A program made the position numbers and the translations under genes. A stretch of 64,000 bases of DNA from assembly GCF_000315625.1 (NCBI RefSeq), contig NW_005434663.1, forward strand, positions 711,882-775,881. Reading direction: 5' to 3'. Of this stretch, positions 1 through 12,000 are shown in pieces. Origin of the DNA: Guillardia theta CCMP2712. Its lineage: Eukaryota > Protista > Cryptophyta. Under the pieces are notes generated by a model. That model saw only the letters and a list, made by a program, of their open reading frames with translations, did not search any database and was not told the origin of the DNA. Within the stretch, counting starts at the first letter, position 1. Each line of letters starts with the position of its first letter.

Positions 1-698
1 CCAGCAGGACGTCAAGTGGTTTAGCACCGAGCACTTCTTCGCTGCGCCCATGCCAGGTAGCAGGCTCGCTCGTCCTGCAGCCTTGAGCAGCACTGACAGT
101 GTCCAACAGACTCGGAGGACAACGAGAAGTTCAACCGCGCAAGCATGAGCTCGATCCAGACTACGGTGATGCCCCGCCTTGCCACGTCTCCTGCTCCTGA
201 CCTGAGACAAGGCCGACATGAAGCGAGAGCTGAAGAGCAAGCCCTTCTTGGAGGAGCGACTGTCTCATGGACGCGACAGGTGGAGGCTGAACTGTTCCAC
301 TGGCTCCTCATCCTGTTGCTGGCAGTTTACACCCTGAGTCGCACAAGATGTGTCCTCACTACGTGGTCTTCCTGGAGAAGCGACAGGTCAGTGCACGGCC
401 TGTCCTTGAGTTTCTTCCCAACCTCATGGATGTTGTCAGAGCCTCGGGGCATCGAGCGCGGGGCTCTCGATGCGGAGCGACATGGAACAGGTTGACAGAG
501 GGCCCGGCGCTTGCAGCCTAACTTACTAAGTTACGACATACTCAGGTGGTCCCTCGGCCCGGGCCAGACAACCTCTTCGACGCCCTGGCGGTGCTGGCGA
601 TAGAAGTGAAGCTGAGGAACAAGGGGAAGCTCGGGATGCTCGACCTCAACCACCCGAGTCTCAACCTGATGTCATTTGTTCCCGCTGAGCTAGCATGA
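1..698 (+). CDS. 3' part of an intron-rich gene of unknown function (truncated by window start)
   Basis: Successive ~50-nt GT..AG introns (first donor at 57) join exons reading QQDVKWFSTEHFFAAPMP-DSEDNEKFNRASMSSIQTT-ADMKRELKSKPFLEERL...VVPRPGPDNLFDALAVLAIEVKLRNKGKLGMLDLNHPSLNLMSFVPAELA, stop TGA 696-698. No family recognised. Confidence 0.65.
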
Positions 699-984
699 AT
701 GGACTGATTGACATCTCAAGCGAGTCATTCGAGTCATTCCCGTAGCCGGCTCAGCATTAAGGCTTTACTCAACACTGAGTGGCCGCTGCCGGCCCCTGAG
801 AGCAGTCAGAATCGCTAAAATCCATGAGCTAATTCTGTTTACCCCGAGGCAGCTCAGGTTACAGGTTGTCCGGGGCCCATCATGAGTCATTTCGCCGGTT
901 GTCATCCTGCCAACATTCCTTGTCTTGTCAATCTTGCTCTGCCTGCTAAGTTTCCCCGGATCGCTCGACCTAACGGTCACTTTC

Positions 985-2110
985 CAACTACCCCACCTAC
1001 CCTTCGAGGCTATGACGTTCCCACCAAAGCACCGCTAGCACGAGCTTTCCAGTCGGTCTCGCTTGAGTCAAATTCATATACAAAACAATATTGACTGATT
1101 TATCATGGTACTCCTTGAACTCTATGCAGTATTCGCACCCCCACCCCTGATCGATGTAGTACTGAGGGGTGGGTGATAATTTTTTGATGATCAAGGGGTC
1201 ACTAATTTTACCGAGGTCATCGAGGTAGGGTCATGAGCCCTAGGGGGTCCTAGAGAGTTCCTAGCATGATAGAAATTCTAGAACAATAACGGCTCAGCCC
1301 TAGTACGGTGGGGGTGGAAAGGCAGTGGTGGGGTAGTGGTATCACTGAGAAATGAACCAGGAAGGAACAATGATTCAACATCGGGGGTAGGGTGGATTTA
1401 AAGATTTGAAGGCACTGGTGGGTCATCGGCACAACTACCCATTGGATTTAGGTGTTATAGACGGGTGAATTCGGGACTAAAAAAAAATGACGCGGTATCC
1501 GATTACGGTAGGAGGGGTGGTATCACACGAATTCAGGGGTCACTGAATTTGGTAGGTAGGGGCCCTCTGAGGGGTCAAGGGGGTTCCTAGAGTTGAACGT
1601 TTTCTCGTGGGGCGTATGTGAACGTGAGAGGTTCCAACGGTGGGGGTGGTTTTGATCGTTACAAGGGTCGTATGCCGTGAAGAGGGGGGTCCACATGAAT
1701 GAGGGTACATATTCCTGTGGATTTCAAGGGGTACAAGCTAGACTTTTTGAGGGTAGGGGTAGTGAGAAAGGGTGTAGTCCCCTGAAGGTGGTGTGTAGGT
1801 TGGTAATTACGAGGATCAGATGAGGTTGGGGGCAAGACACGGGTAGGGTAGTAACAGTTATCTATTAATCTTAGTAATAGGGGGTACGTAGACTGAATCG
1901 GTGGGGTGGAGGACCCTACCTCAATCATCACAAGGTGTTTTACTTTGGAGGGTGGGGTGGGTGGCAAGGAAAGAAATCTTTGATAGGAGGGGGTCCAGGT
2001 AAAGGTTTGATTAAGAAGGATAACCTCGGGGTGGGTACGATTGAAGGGAGGTATCCAGGGGGTGAGGGTCTTATAAAATTTGGGGTGGGGGTGGGGGACG
2101 TCGGGTGGAG
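985..2110. promoter_or_regulatory. GGGGT/ACCCC-rich non-coding island upstream of the epiplastin-like gene
   Basis: Dense GGGGT, GGGTAG and GGGTAC words, few GpC/CpG, no coherent coding frame. Same texture recurs upstream of most gene starts in the window; regulatory role is inferred from position only. Confidence 0.4.
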
Positions 2111-2187
2111 GGGCTGGAGGGGTGCGCAGGCTCTAAAGAGGCGAGGCAGAGAGGGAGAGGTAGAGACTCGCGCCTCGAACTCGTGCC

Positions 2188-3228
2188 ATGTCCACCTCTC
2201 CTTCGTTGGCTCCTCAGCAACCCACCACCAGTGACTCCGCCACTACCTCTCCTGTGATCAACAGGGCGGCCTACCAGACCTCCTCCCTCATCCCGGGCGG
2301 CATGGTCTACCCCGGCGGCTACATGCTCTCCGGAAACGTTGGAACTTCTGACGTCACCACCACCACCGGACTCACTGGCATGACCTACGGCAGCTTGCCC
2401 ATGGGCTACAGCACCGCCTACACCTCCTTGGCTGCCAGACCAGTGACCCAGGTTACCAGCCTTCCGGTTCAGAGCGTCGTGAGCGCCCCCAAGGTTCACA
2501 CTGTGAGTCGCACGCCATTAGGTGTAAAGCAGGTCTGACGTCTTTTCCAGGTCACCGAGAGCCAGCAGGTCGAGCAGACTGTCCCCAAGTACGAGTACGA
2601 GACCCGCCCCATCATCGTCCCCACCCTCGTCCCTGTGGAGAAGACCATCATGGAGACCAAGCTTGTTCAGGTTCAGGTCCCCAAGATCATCACCACCCAG
2701 GAGCTCCAGAACGAGACCCGCTACATCCAGATCCCCAGACCTGTGTTCGAGGAGAAGAGGATCAAGGTCAAGCGCCCCACGGTTGTGTATGAGGAGCACG
2801 AGATCGTCACCACCCAGCAGGCCTTCGAGACCCGATCTGTCTCTATCCCTGTTACCCGCACCTACACCACCACTGAGCAGGTTGTCACTGGCACCACTCC
2901 TACTGTTCAGACTGCTTCCTACACCACCGGTGCCTACCAGACTGGAACCGCCTATCAGACCGGAGCTACTTATCAGACCACTGGCACTGGCTACACCGGA
3001 TACACCACCGGATCATACATGTCTGGATATCCCTACAGCACTGGCAGCGTCACCGGCACCACCGGCGCTACAGGCATGACTGGAAGCGTGGGACAGTGGC
3101 AAACCCTTGACGGACAGCCTCTTCCTGCTGCACTTCTCAGCCAGCTCAGCAGCGGATTGTACTCCACCAACGCTTCCAACACTGGTGCCAGCCCCGCTGC
3201 TCCTGCCAGCGGCGAGACCAAGCCTTAA
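2188..3228 (+). CDS. Epiplastin/articulin-like membrane-skeleton protein (~330 aa, 2 exons)
   Basis: Exons 2188-2502 and 2551-3228 joined by a 48-nt phase-0 GT-AG intron. Central V/I/P/E/K-rich strings (VPKYEYETRPIIVPTLVPVEKTIMETKLVQVQVPKII...IQIPRPVFEEKRIKVKRPTVVYEEHEIV) are flanked by T/G/Y/S-rich head and tail. Strong C-ending codon bias; AATAAA downstream. Confidence 0.8.
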
Positions 3229-3302
3229 GCACGAGTGCCTAACAAACATTGAATATGCACTGTAATATTGTTTGAATAAAGTGAAGAAACACTGAGTTTA
3301 GT

Positions 3303-4420
3303 TCAATCTGCAATCAAACGTTCACAAACCATGCTATATAGTTTCTGGTTCTGGAAAATCTCAGATATCTGAAACAGATCAAACGAAGACAGATTCACCT
3401 TGCCCTGTAATGTTAACACAACGTGTGTATGTGCTGGTCCCCTGAGCTGTTCATGTACTTGGTCCAAGGAACCTCGAACGGGCTGTTGTTATAGGTCACA
3501 TCATATGCCATTGAAACACTGAAATACCTCGCCATTCACCGAGAGCAGGATATCACCCACGTTCGTCTGATTTATATGCATTAGCACCAGACAGACAGAC
3601 AGGTCAAAACTGCTTCTTTGCCTTACTTTGTGGGCTATATTGCATCTATCATCGAATCCCTGTACCATTATTCTTCCACTCATCTCCTGGAAGAAATTTT
3701 GGCTTGAAAGCACTTCAAAACAATTGGTTTACAATGAATTGAATCCCTGGATCTCCATTCCTGGATCTTTCGCTCAATAGACTGCACTCCGAACGACTAT
3801 GAACAAGTTCAGCTTGTCAGTACAACTTTCTTTCCAATGATATGCTCACTTGTGTATTGCAAAGGCTTTGCGCTTTGACGTCGTCTGAAAAGATCCAGCA
3901 AAGGGTTAGCACAAATCTGTAGCAGATTGATCAAGACATTATCAGGAAACTTTTGCAACGGCACAAATCTCTCTTGTTTTACGGTTCCTTCAAACTGCAT
4001 TTCGATATCATTCAAGAGGATTCGACAGGCCTAGAATTGAATTCATCACCTTGGGAGCGAAGTTCATGCCCTGGTAATCGTCCTGCTTTGCTGGACAGCA
4101 ATCGCCTTGAAACAAGCACCAAATTTTATCCAGATCCATTCTTTCTCGAACCTCAGAACTGTTTAAGAGTCGTCAACAACATTTTCAAGTCATGTCTTGG
4201 TTTCCAACGGGCTCGCTCTTACACCAGATTCACTCATACACAAGACATCGATCTCATTCTATGCATCGCGTACACCAACTGTATTGCAGGGAAAAACTGC
4301 TCGTCATCATTCCTCGAGATGTCATGGAGATTCTCCTTCTTTCCTTCGTGAATGATGCCTAATCTTAATCCATCTGACACAGTTCAGGTCGGATGTGGCT
4401 ACGCCCGCTGCTTTCGCATC
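3303..4420 (-). CDS. PDZ-domain protein (multi-exon; start uncertain)
   Basis: Spliced C-terminal exons give GDPGIQFIEMSGRIMVQGFDDRCNIAHKTNVGDILLSVNGEPVRGSLDQVHEQLRGPAHTHVVLTLQGKNQKLYSMVCERLIAD*, with the PDZ signature GD.lLsVNG..V...L.G....V.L. Stop at 3303-3305. Confidence 0.75.
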
Positions 4421-4509
4421 GATATCTACTAGGCGCCCATTTTCACCCTCATTTCAAACCCGTATTGATCTCTCCAAAGCGACTTTTGAAATCTTTTTTT
4501 TCAAACTCA

Positions 4510-4745
4510 GTGACTCACTTGACCGTACGGGGCCTTGCCGGGCCGCCCGGCACTGCGGCTGCCAGCGCCACTGATCCGCCGCTCTCTGGCGAAAGCCCGC
4601 GAGCTGGACGCCTCAGCGTAAGCAAGCCGCCTAAGGCTAAAAGGCTCGAGAACTTTCGGATCAGCTCAGGGGCCGAGGAGGGCCCCGGAGCCTCACGCGG
4701 CCTCGGCCCGCCGAGGCCGGGCCCGCCGGACAGCAGTAAGAGGTA
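4510..4745. other. GC-rich CCGG/GGCC/TGACTC palindrome-rich intergenic island
   Basis: TGACTCA at 4511, GACCGTACGG at 4521-4530, many CCGG/GGCC/GGGCCC words. Same texture as islands at ~775-965, 15650-16145, 37730-38830, 44170-44455, 46125-46275 and 51055-51320. Confidence 0.5.
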
Positions 4746-4899
4746 GGCGAGGACCGACTTGATATGTAAGCTCAGCAGCGTCATCACGTGATAGCCAGGG
4801 GGGTCACCAGTGTGTGGGAGGCTAAGACCCGACAAGGAGTGGCGGCTGAATCGCAGAGGCGCTTGTGGAGATGAAATGCCGCTGGGATCTGCAGGATGT

Positions 4900-5700
4900 G
4901 ATCGACAAGTCGTTAGACTGACTTGCTGGATAGAGTATGGGCATGCATGAGATCCTCTCTCAACCTGTCGGCATAGATCGCCCCTGCCTCTGGCTTGAGA
5001 GCATGTTTGAGTATCAAGGGCAAACACAAATTAATGGCATTGCTTTTCCCTGTTGAATTGGAGATTACAGCATTTCGATTAGCCCCTGTGCCCCTCTCTA
5101 CACGCCCTCGTCCTTGTCCAGCAATGACCGCTGTTGCTTCCAACAAGTAGAGGATGTATAATCCAATGGATCAACCCGAACACGGCCAGAGATTGTATGA
5201 AAACAAAACCCAAAAGGACGTGGTAGTATCGTGGGAGTTGAACTTCTGCAGCATGTCTCACTGACATGCGCGAGCTTGCCACACAATCGGGTCATCCGAG
5301 CACGTGTTCACGAAAGTGGTCCTGCGGAAGGTCAGCTCTTGCTGCACCCCTCCTCGCTCTTGAAGACGAGGACGTTCTGCTTGTTCTCGGGGTGGAGACG
5401 ATCATTCCTTGCTACTTGCAGATACTGTACGGAGAAGGAGAAGGTGAGGCTGACTCGGACACATGACTTCATCCTCTGTCAATTCGACGTACAGACGTTC
5501 TGCTCGAAAGTCCCTCCAGCTGTTCACGACTCTTTCATATCGTAAGATGCGGCGTCAAACTACGTCAATGGTTTCTGGGGCTCGATGACATCATACTTGC
5601 AAACCATTCGCTTTGGATAGTCGAGATAGTGTAGAGGATGACTCACTGAGTCAAAACTCTCTTACTCTTCATCGCATGTCAGGTAGACGGCATGAAAGCA
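4900..5700 (-). CDS. Putative multi-exon hypothetical protein, possibly with a transmembrane segment
   Basis: Minus-strand pieces flanked by plausible short introns (WRDFRAERLYVELTEDE-YLQVARNDRLHPENKQ; YYHVLLGFVFIQSLAVFGLIHWIIHPLLVG). Model incomplete and strand not certain. Confidence 0.3.
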
Positions 5701-6209
5701 AGTCGTCTAGTAGCATTGGAGCTCCTTACAATGCGCGGAGAACATCTTTTGGGGTTTATTGAAAATATTCATTGATTTTCTTCTAGATATTTGAATATTG
5801 AGAGGTAATGTTCATGGATGGGCGGGAAAGGGACTTTCTTTTTCAATTTGAGCTGAAGTGATTAATGGTCTGATGGGTAGGGGTTGGGAATATCGACAAC
5901 GACACAAGTGGGGCTAGGTGGGGGTATGAATTGCTCAGAAGTAGGGGTGATATCCAAAATAGTGGGGTAGGGGTCATTGTAACAGCGTAGGGGTCGGAGG
6001 GTCGGGTAGTACTTGTTATTAGAAGGAATGGCGGGAGAACGGCGGGTGGAGGTGACGAAGCGGATAGGAAGGGAGAGGGGAAGGAGGAGAGGGTTGTAGG
6101 GAACAGACATGGCAAGGAACAACCAAGTTGAAAGAGCATTTGAATGATAGACTGTAAGAGATTTGAGAGAGATCGTGATGGAAATGGTTGATTCATTTGT
6201 GAGACAGAA

Positions 6210-7693
6210 ATGTTTGATTGGTTCTCGATCCTCCATATTTTCACAATCTTAAAGACCCTTTTGTCTTCACAACGTGAGTGTTGCATTTAGTCTCCCGCTG
6301 TGCTGCGTGATGGCCTATATCTGATTACCATTAGACCCCTACTTCTATTCGAAGGTGGATTGTTTGGAAAGATCTTTGCGTATGTGTTGGTCCTTCTGAT
6401 CAATACTTTTGGCAAGGTTTTCGGGATCTAGAAATGCTTGCTGTTTGGCAAAGGCAGCAAAACAGAAGCGTCGATGTGGATTTCTCATACCCTCAGCTGG
6501 AAAAACTTGGACTGATTCGGGCTGGCAAACAGTGCGGGCCAGAATTTCACCACTCACATTTGCGTTTTTCTTGCTTTGACGCTGGAAGGTTGAGAGTAGA
6601 GGTCTACGGGAAGAAATCATTCGGGTAGTTTCACTTTGCCAGGATTCCCCATCTGATTCCTGTCTTATTGGATGATCAGGCATCGCACACAAGATTTTGT
6701 CGGAAAGTTGCCCGAATCAAAGATACAAGCTTCTCCATTCTATGTACAACCACTGCCTGACTGCTGTGGACATTTTAAGTTTTACGTTTGCCCGGTAGCT
6801 TGCTTGTTTCTTTTAGGAGGGTGTGCGCATTTTGCTGAATGGAACATGACAGATTGCTGCTGTCACCTTGATTCTGGAGATTGCAGATCAAAAGAAAGAT
6901 TTCCAAGGCCACATGCCTGTCTCAGCGATCCAACTGCCCGAAAATTTCGAGCAGCAGATTCATTCAGCCTTACAGATCATGGCTCTGATCGTGGCGGGCG
7001 AGGACCATCAGATCGAAGGGGATTGTTGCAGGTTCAGTGCAAGTCCAGCTGCTGTGATCATGGCTTCGGGTCTTGTTCGTGCCATGGCAACTCTGGTTGC
7101 AGCTGCGATGGATGAGAACGAGTACCTTACTTGCATGCAAGTGTTGAGAGGTCAACTCCTCGCATTACCTGGGGTCAGCTTTCATGCATGGGCGATGTGG
7201 GTATGCTGAATTCGCATTGTAGGTGATATGGCCTGGCAAGCAAGCGGGAACGAAGCGTTCAGCAGTAGATCTTGCCAACATGTATCAAGAGCATCGACAT
7301 GAAGTGAAGCGGAGACAGGATGAAACCAGGTACAGCATTCTGAATGACGAAGTTGAGTGAAAACTTACATTTCCTGCCTTGCTGGAGCAGACGGTTGCAA
7401 AATACCATCAAGGACTTGAGGGCAGAGAATCAGACTCTCAGGATCACAAACAGAAACCTTACAGAACGCATAAACGAGCTTCTAGCTCAGGGCCATGGTA
7501 GAGTGGACACAAACGCATCTATGGTGTCCTTAAGTATATTTACCTCATCCACGTTGAGCATCACCAACTGATGATTTTACAGGCTGGGGACAATCATGAT
7601 TGCCTAGGCACACTGGGAAAGCAATTTTGTAAATGTGAAGGGAAAGCTGAGCGCTTGAAATCTCTGGCGGAAAGATTTCCTCCATACCTGTAA
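6210..7693 (+). CDS. Hypothetical multi-exon protein with C-terminal coiled coil
   Basis: Exons linked by short GT-AG introns: ...FRDLEMLAVWQRQQNRSVDVDFSYPQLEKLGL...; IADQKKDFQGHMPVSAIQLPENFEQQIHSALQIMALIV...; RLQNTIKDLRAENQTLRITNRNLTERINELLAQ (heptad-like); stop TAA 7691-7693. Confidence 0.55.
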
Positions 7694-9017
7694 ATTGACT
7701 GCGATTTTTGATACCAACACGCTCGTCTGAGCGTGAGAGCATCTGATGAAATAGCTGTTGTGATGCAATTCTCTTGCATTAAACGTAGGATCTGTGGAGT
7801 TATTGTCGAACGAGAGTGCTGGTGTTGCATGTTGATGTGGTCCTTGTACGTGTGTGCAGCAAGTAAAATCCTCGAGACACAAATATAATCTGAAATAGAT
7901 GATGTTTTGTGATGTGATTGATAAATCCGCGTTTGATTTGTTAGTTCCTATCTAATCTCAGAATCATGCGTTGCTCATCATGTCTTGATTGAGTTCATTG
8001 TTTCCTCATGATGGTGGTGATCGTTAATGCCCCAAAAGCACACAAAATGCATTTCCATTTCATTCTGTCGCAGACACAAAGCTTTTTGCAAGACTTTTCT
8101 TTATTCATCGCATAAGCATTTGTTTCCCTCCATTGTGAGGTTACCTTCATCCAGACAGCGCTATCCTTGCCTCTGTCACTGGTTCCTTTCATCCTTCTAC
8201 AGTCATCCTCCGTTGCCTAAACTCGGAGCCTGACCCCCACCTGTCGCACCAACCCATTGCATTCATCCTTGCTTCGGTTAACCCAGACTATCGGCATTTC
8301 TCTACCTCCCTCCCTCTGTACCTACCTCTGTACCTCCCTCCCTCCCTCCCTCCCTCCCTCCCTCCCTCCCTCCCTCCGGCCCCTTTCCATCTTGTGCATC
8401 CAGTTGCATACCTTTTGCCTGCGTGTGGTCTTCCCTCACCTGGGTACCTCTGCCATCATTCCTCTGCTATCTTACGATACTTCTACCTCCTCTGCTCTGC
8501 TCTGCTCTCTCCTCCTCGCCCCCTCCCCCCCCCCTCCCCCCCCTCAAATCTCCCGCTCCCACCCAGCTTGTGCTTCTCTCGTTCTCCTGTTGACTCCTTC
8601 CCAGCATTTCCCTGCGCCTGTCCATTCCGGTAGTTTCCTTTCGCTCCGAAAAGGTTTTTATGACGGAGGTGGGTGCCGTGCTGATCCCACGTGGCCTCCT
8701 TGGATGGTCGAAAAAGATTCTTTTCGAATAATTGAGATTCGAAACGATCCGTCCGATCTGATCACATGATAAATGGTGAATTTATAATATCTGAATCGGT
8801 CAAACAACGGGGTGGGTTAACCATCAATAGGTGGGTAGTGGGGTTGAGGCTGTGTATAAATGAATTTATATTTATATAGCTTATAATCACGTGAGCGAGG
8901 CTTTGGCAGGTGTTGTTTTGTAGCGGGAGGGAAAGGAGGGGAAGGGGAGTGAAGGGAGGGGAAGATAGGGCACGAAAGTAGAGGAGAGAGCAAATCTTGA
9001 AGAATGGGAACTGGGCC

Positions 9018-12000
9018 ATGGTAACATTTGCGTTTGGAATAGCAAACGAGGAAAGAAATGAAGCAGAACTGGAATTTACACAACATTCGCATTGTAGTAC
9101 ATGTATACTAGAGCAGAGGAGTGTAGATCAGAATGCGTAAGATCCTTATTTTCTGTCCTGTTCCAAAGATGTTCCACCTCCTCTGTCTTTGTCATGACGG
9201 TTTTCTTGCCAGGGTCCTCGCTCAAGGATTCCAATATGTTGGGCAGACCGCAGGTAGTAATACTAATGTGTCCTTCCACCCTTGCCTTACTTTCTATGTG
9301 AAGCTGCCAGTGTCGCTGCTTCAGTCCAGCTGGGACGAATTTCTCTTGTTCAGGAACTTGAGCACTGAGGAGATGAATGCCTGCATCTCGCGCATGAAGG
9401 TCAGGACGTTCAAGGCTGGACAGCAGATCCTGAAACAAGGAAGCATTGGAACTACAGTGGTAAGTCATGAAACCTCTTGTCCTCTTGTGCTGCCTGCTCT
9501 CGAGCTAACAGCCTCGCCTCCAGCATTTCATCGATGTGGGGAGGGTGAAGGTGATTCGCGACGGGGTGTTGCTGTCAGAGCTGAAGGCGGGAAGCATGTT
9601 TGGAGAGATCTCCTTCGTGGGGATGTGCAAGAAGGTCATGAGGAGGGTCTATGGGAGCAGCCAGATCGAGAGGACCTGCAGCATCGAAGCGACGGACCTC
9701 ACCCGAACGGTTGAGATCAGCGTGCAGGACTTGTTCTTGTCCCTGCAGTTTGACAGCTCGGGCGAGGACAGGGTGATGAGGTAAGGCATGCTCCTGCCAT
9801 CGTGCCGATGATGCTGAACTTGACGCGCAGGGCGTTGGAGTCTTGTGAGGACCTCATAAGGACCCGGAGCATGAACATCCAGCAGCTGGTAGAGGAGCCG
9901 GTGGACTGTGTGCCGGGCATGCTCGAGGCCTGCGACAGCCCGCTGTCCTCCTCGGATGAGCCGAGCGGTCCGATGGTGGAAGTGAGGAGGCACCAGAGCC
10001 CTGAGTTCAGTGCAATGGATAAGGCCATGGCGGCAAGGAGATGCCTGCGGGCGGCATCGCCAGGAGGGGGCGAGGAGAGGAGCGAGGAGATCGTGCGCAG
10101 GATAACGATCCTGGCGGCTATGAGCCTGTACTCGCGGCAGGAGACGTACAGCAGACCGTCGGCTGACACGAGGAGTGTCAAGTTCAGCGAGCGATACGTG
10201 ATGGGAAAGAGGATAGGAGACGGAGCCTTCTCCACCGTCAAGGAATGCATCAGCAGGCAGGACGGCAAGAAGTACGCGGTGAAGATCCTGGCGGAGAAGA
10301 ACTCCCTCTACCACCACGAGGTCCGTAGCCCCCGCACGCGTGCTGCTGCGTCTTGCTGACGGCTCGGCGCAGATCAAGGCGCTGAGGAACGCGTCACACC
10401 CCAACTGCGTGACTATGGTCGACGTGTTCGAGGAGGAGCGAACGTACCTCGTCCTCGAGCTGTACGTCCCTTCCTCTCCTTGAGACTCCCCAGTGACAGG
10501 AAGTGTGTCAGGTTGTCAGGTGGGTCTGTGCTGGACAGGATCGTCGAGTCCGAATTCTTCTCCGAGAAAGACGCGATCTTGGTCACCGGCAGCATCCTCA
10601 AGGCGTTGGAATATTTGCACTCACAGGGGATTGTTCACAGAGATATCAAGGTGATGGCCTTGCTACCTCCTCCCCCTTTCATCCTCCTCCTCCTCCTCCT
10701 CCTCCTCCTCCTCCTCCTCCTCCTCCTCCTCCTCCTCCTCCTCCTCCTCCTCCTCCTCCTCCTCCTCATCCCCTCTGAGTCTCACTCTGCATCTCTCAAA
10801 ACTTCGCTGACGAAGTGGGTCTGCAGCCAGAGAATCTCCTCTACGTCTCCAACGATCCTTCATCACCTTTCTACCACACTGTCAAGGTCTCCGACTTCGG
10901 CTTCTCCAAGCACGATTGCCAAGTCTTGAAGACCGCCTGCGGCACGGTGATCCTTCTCCTCCTCCCTTGCCCTCCTTCTGAACTGACCGTCACCTCCCTC
11001 TCCAACCCCCTCCTGCTCCTCCTGCTCCTCTTGCTCCTCTTCTCTCTCTCTTTCTTGTCCTACTCTCCTCTGTATCGCCCATCCCCGCCTGACCCGTCGG
11101 TGAGCAGCCGGAGTACATGGCGCCGGAGGTGCTCGAGACGACGTCGTCGGGTTATGACGAGAAGGTGGACATGTGGTCACTGGGTATCGTCGTGTACGTC
11201 ATGCTCAGCGGCTTCTTCCCTTTCCTCAGCAGCTCCCGTCCTGCTCTCTTCAAGAAGATCGCAGCTGGAGATTTCACCTTCCCCTCCCCCTACTGGGACT
11301 GCGTATCGGACAAGGCCAAGGACTTCATCAGCCAGGTGCGATCAGTACACCAGGCTCCTTCACCTGCGCCTTTCCTGCTTCCTCGACCTCCTCCTCGTAC
11401 ACTCATTCCTGCCTCCCTGCCTCCCCCCACCCCCTCTCCTCATCCTCCTCTCCCCTGAACCTTGCTCCTCTCTCCTCCCTCCCTTCCATTGATCCTGCGC
11501 GTCCTAAAATGCTGCGTGCAGGCTCTCAGGGTCAAGTCTGAGGAGAGGATCTCAGCATCGGCTGCCCTGCAGCATCAGTGGATGACTGAGGGAGTCAGCC
11601 AGTGCGAGACAAAACTGCACGGGTAAGGAGAGAGGGCAGGAAGGACAGGGGCAGGGCAAGAGTATGACAAGCAAGGGGGAATGAACGGGGGGTCGAGGAG
11701 GAGGAGGAGGAGGAGGAGGAGGAGGAGGAGGAGGAGGAGGAGGAGGAGGACATACGAGGAGGAGGAGGAGGAGGAGGAGGAGGAGCTAACAGGGTCGGCA
11801 GGCTGCATCGGGCCTTCATGCTCATTCGCAAACTTCCTCTCTTCGACAGCGTCGACCCGTCCTGCCTGCAGGAAGTAATCAAGTGCCTCAAGACCGTCAG
11901 AGTTGAGCCGGGAGAGTTTCTGATCCGCTGCGGGGACGTCGGAGACTGCATGTACTTCGTCAACTCGGGCAGGTAACGATCATCTTCTGGTCCTGCTGCC

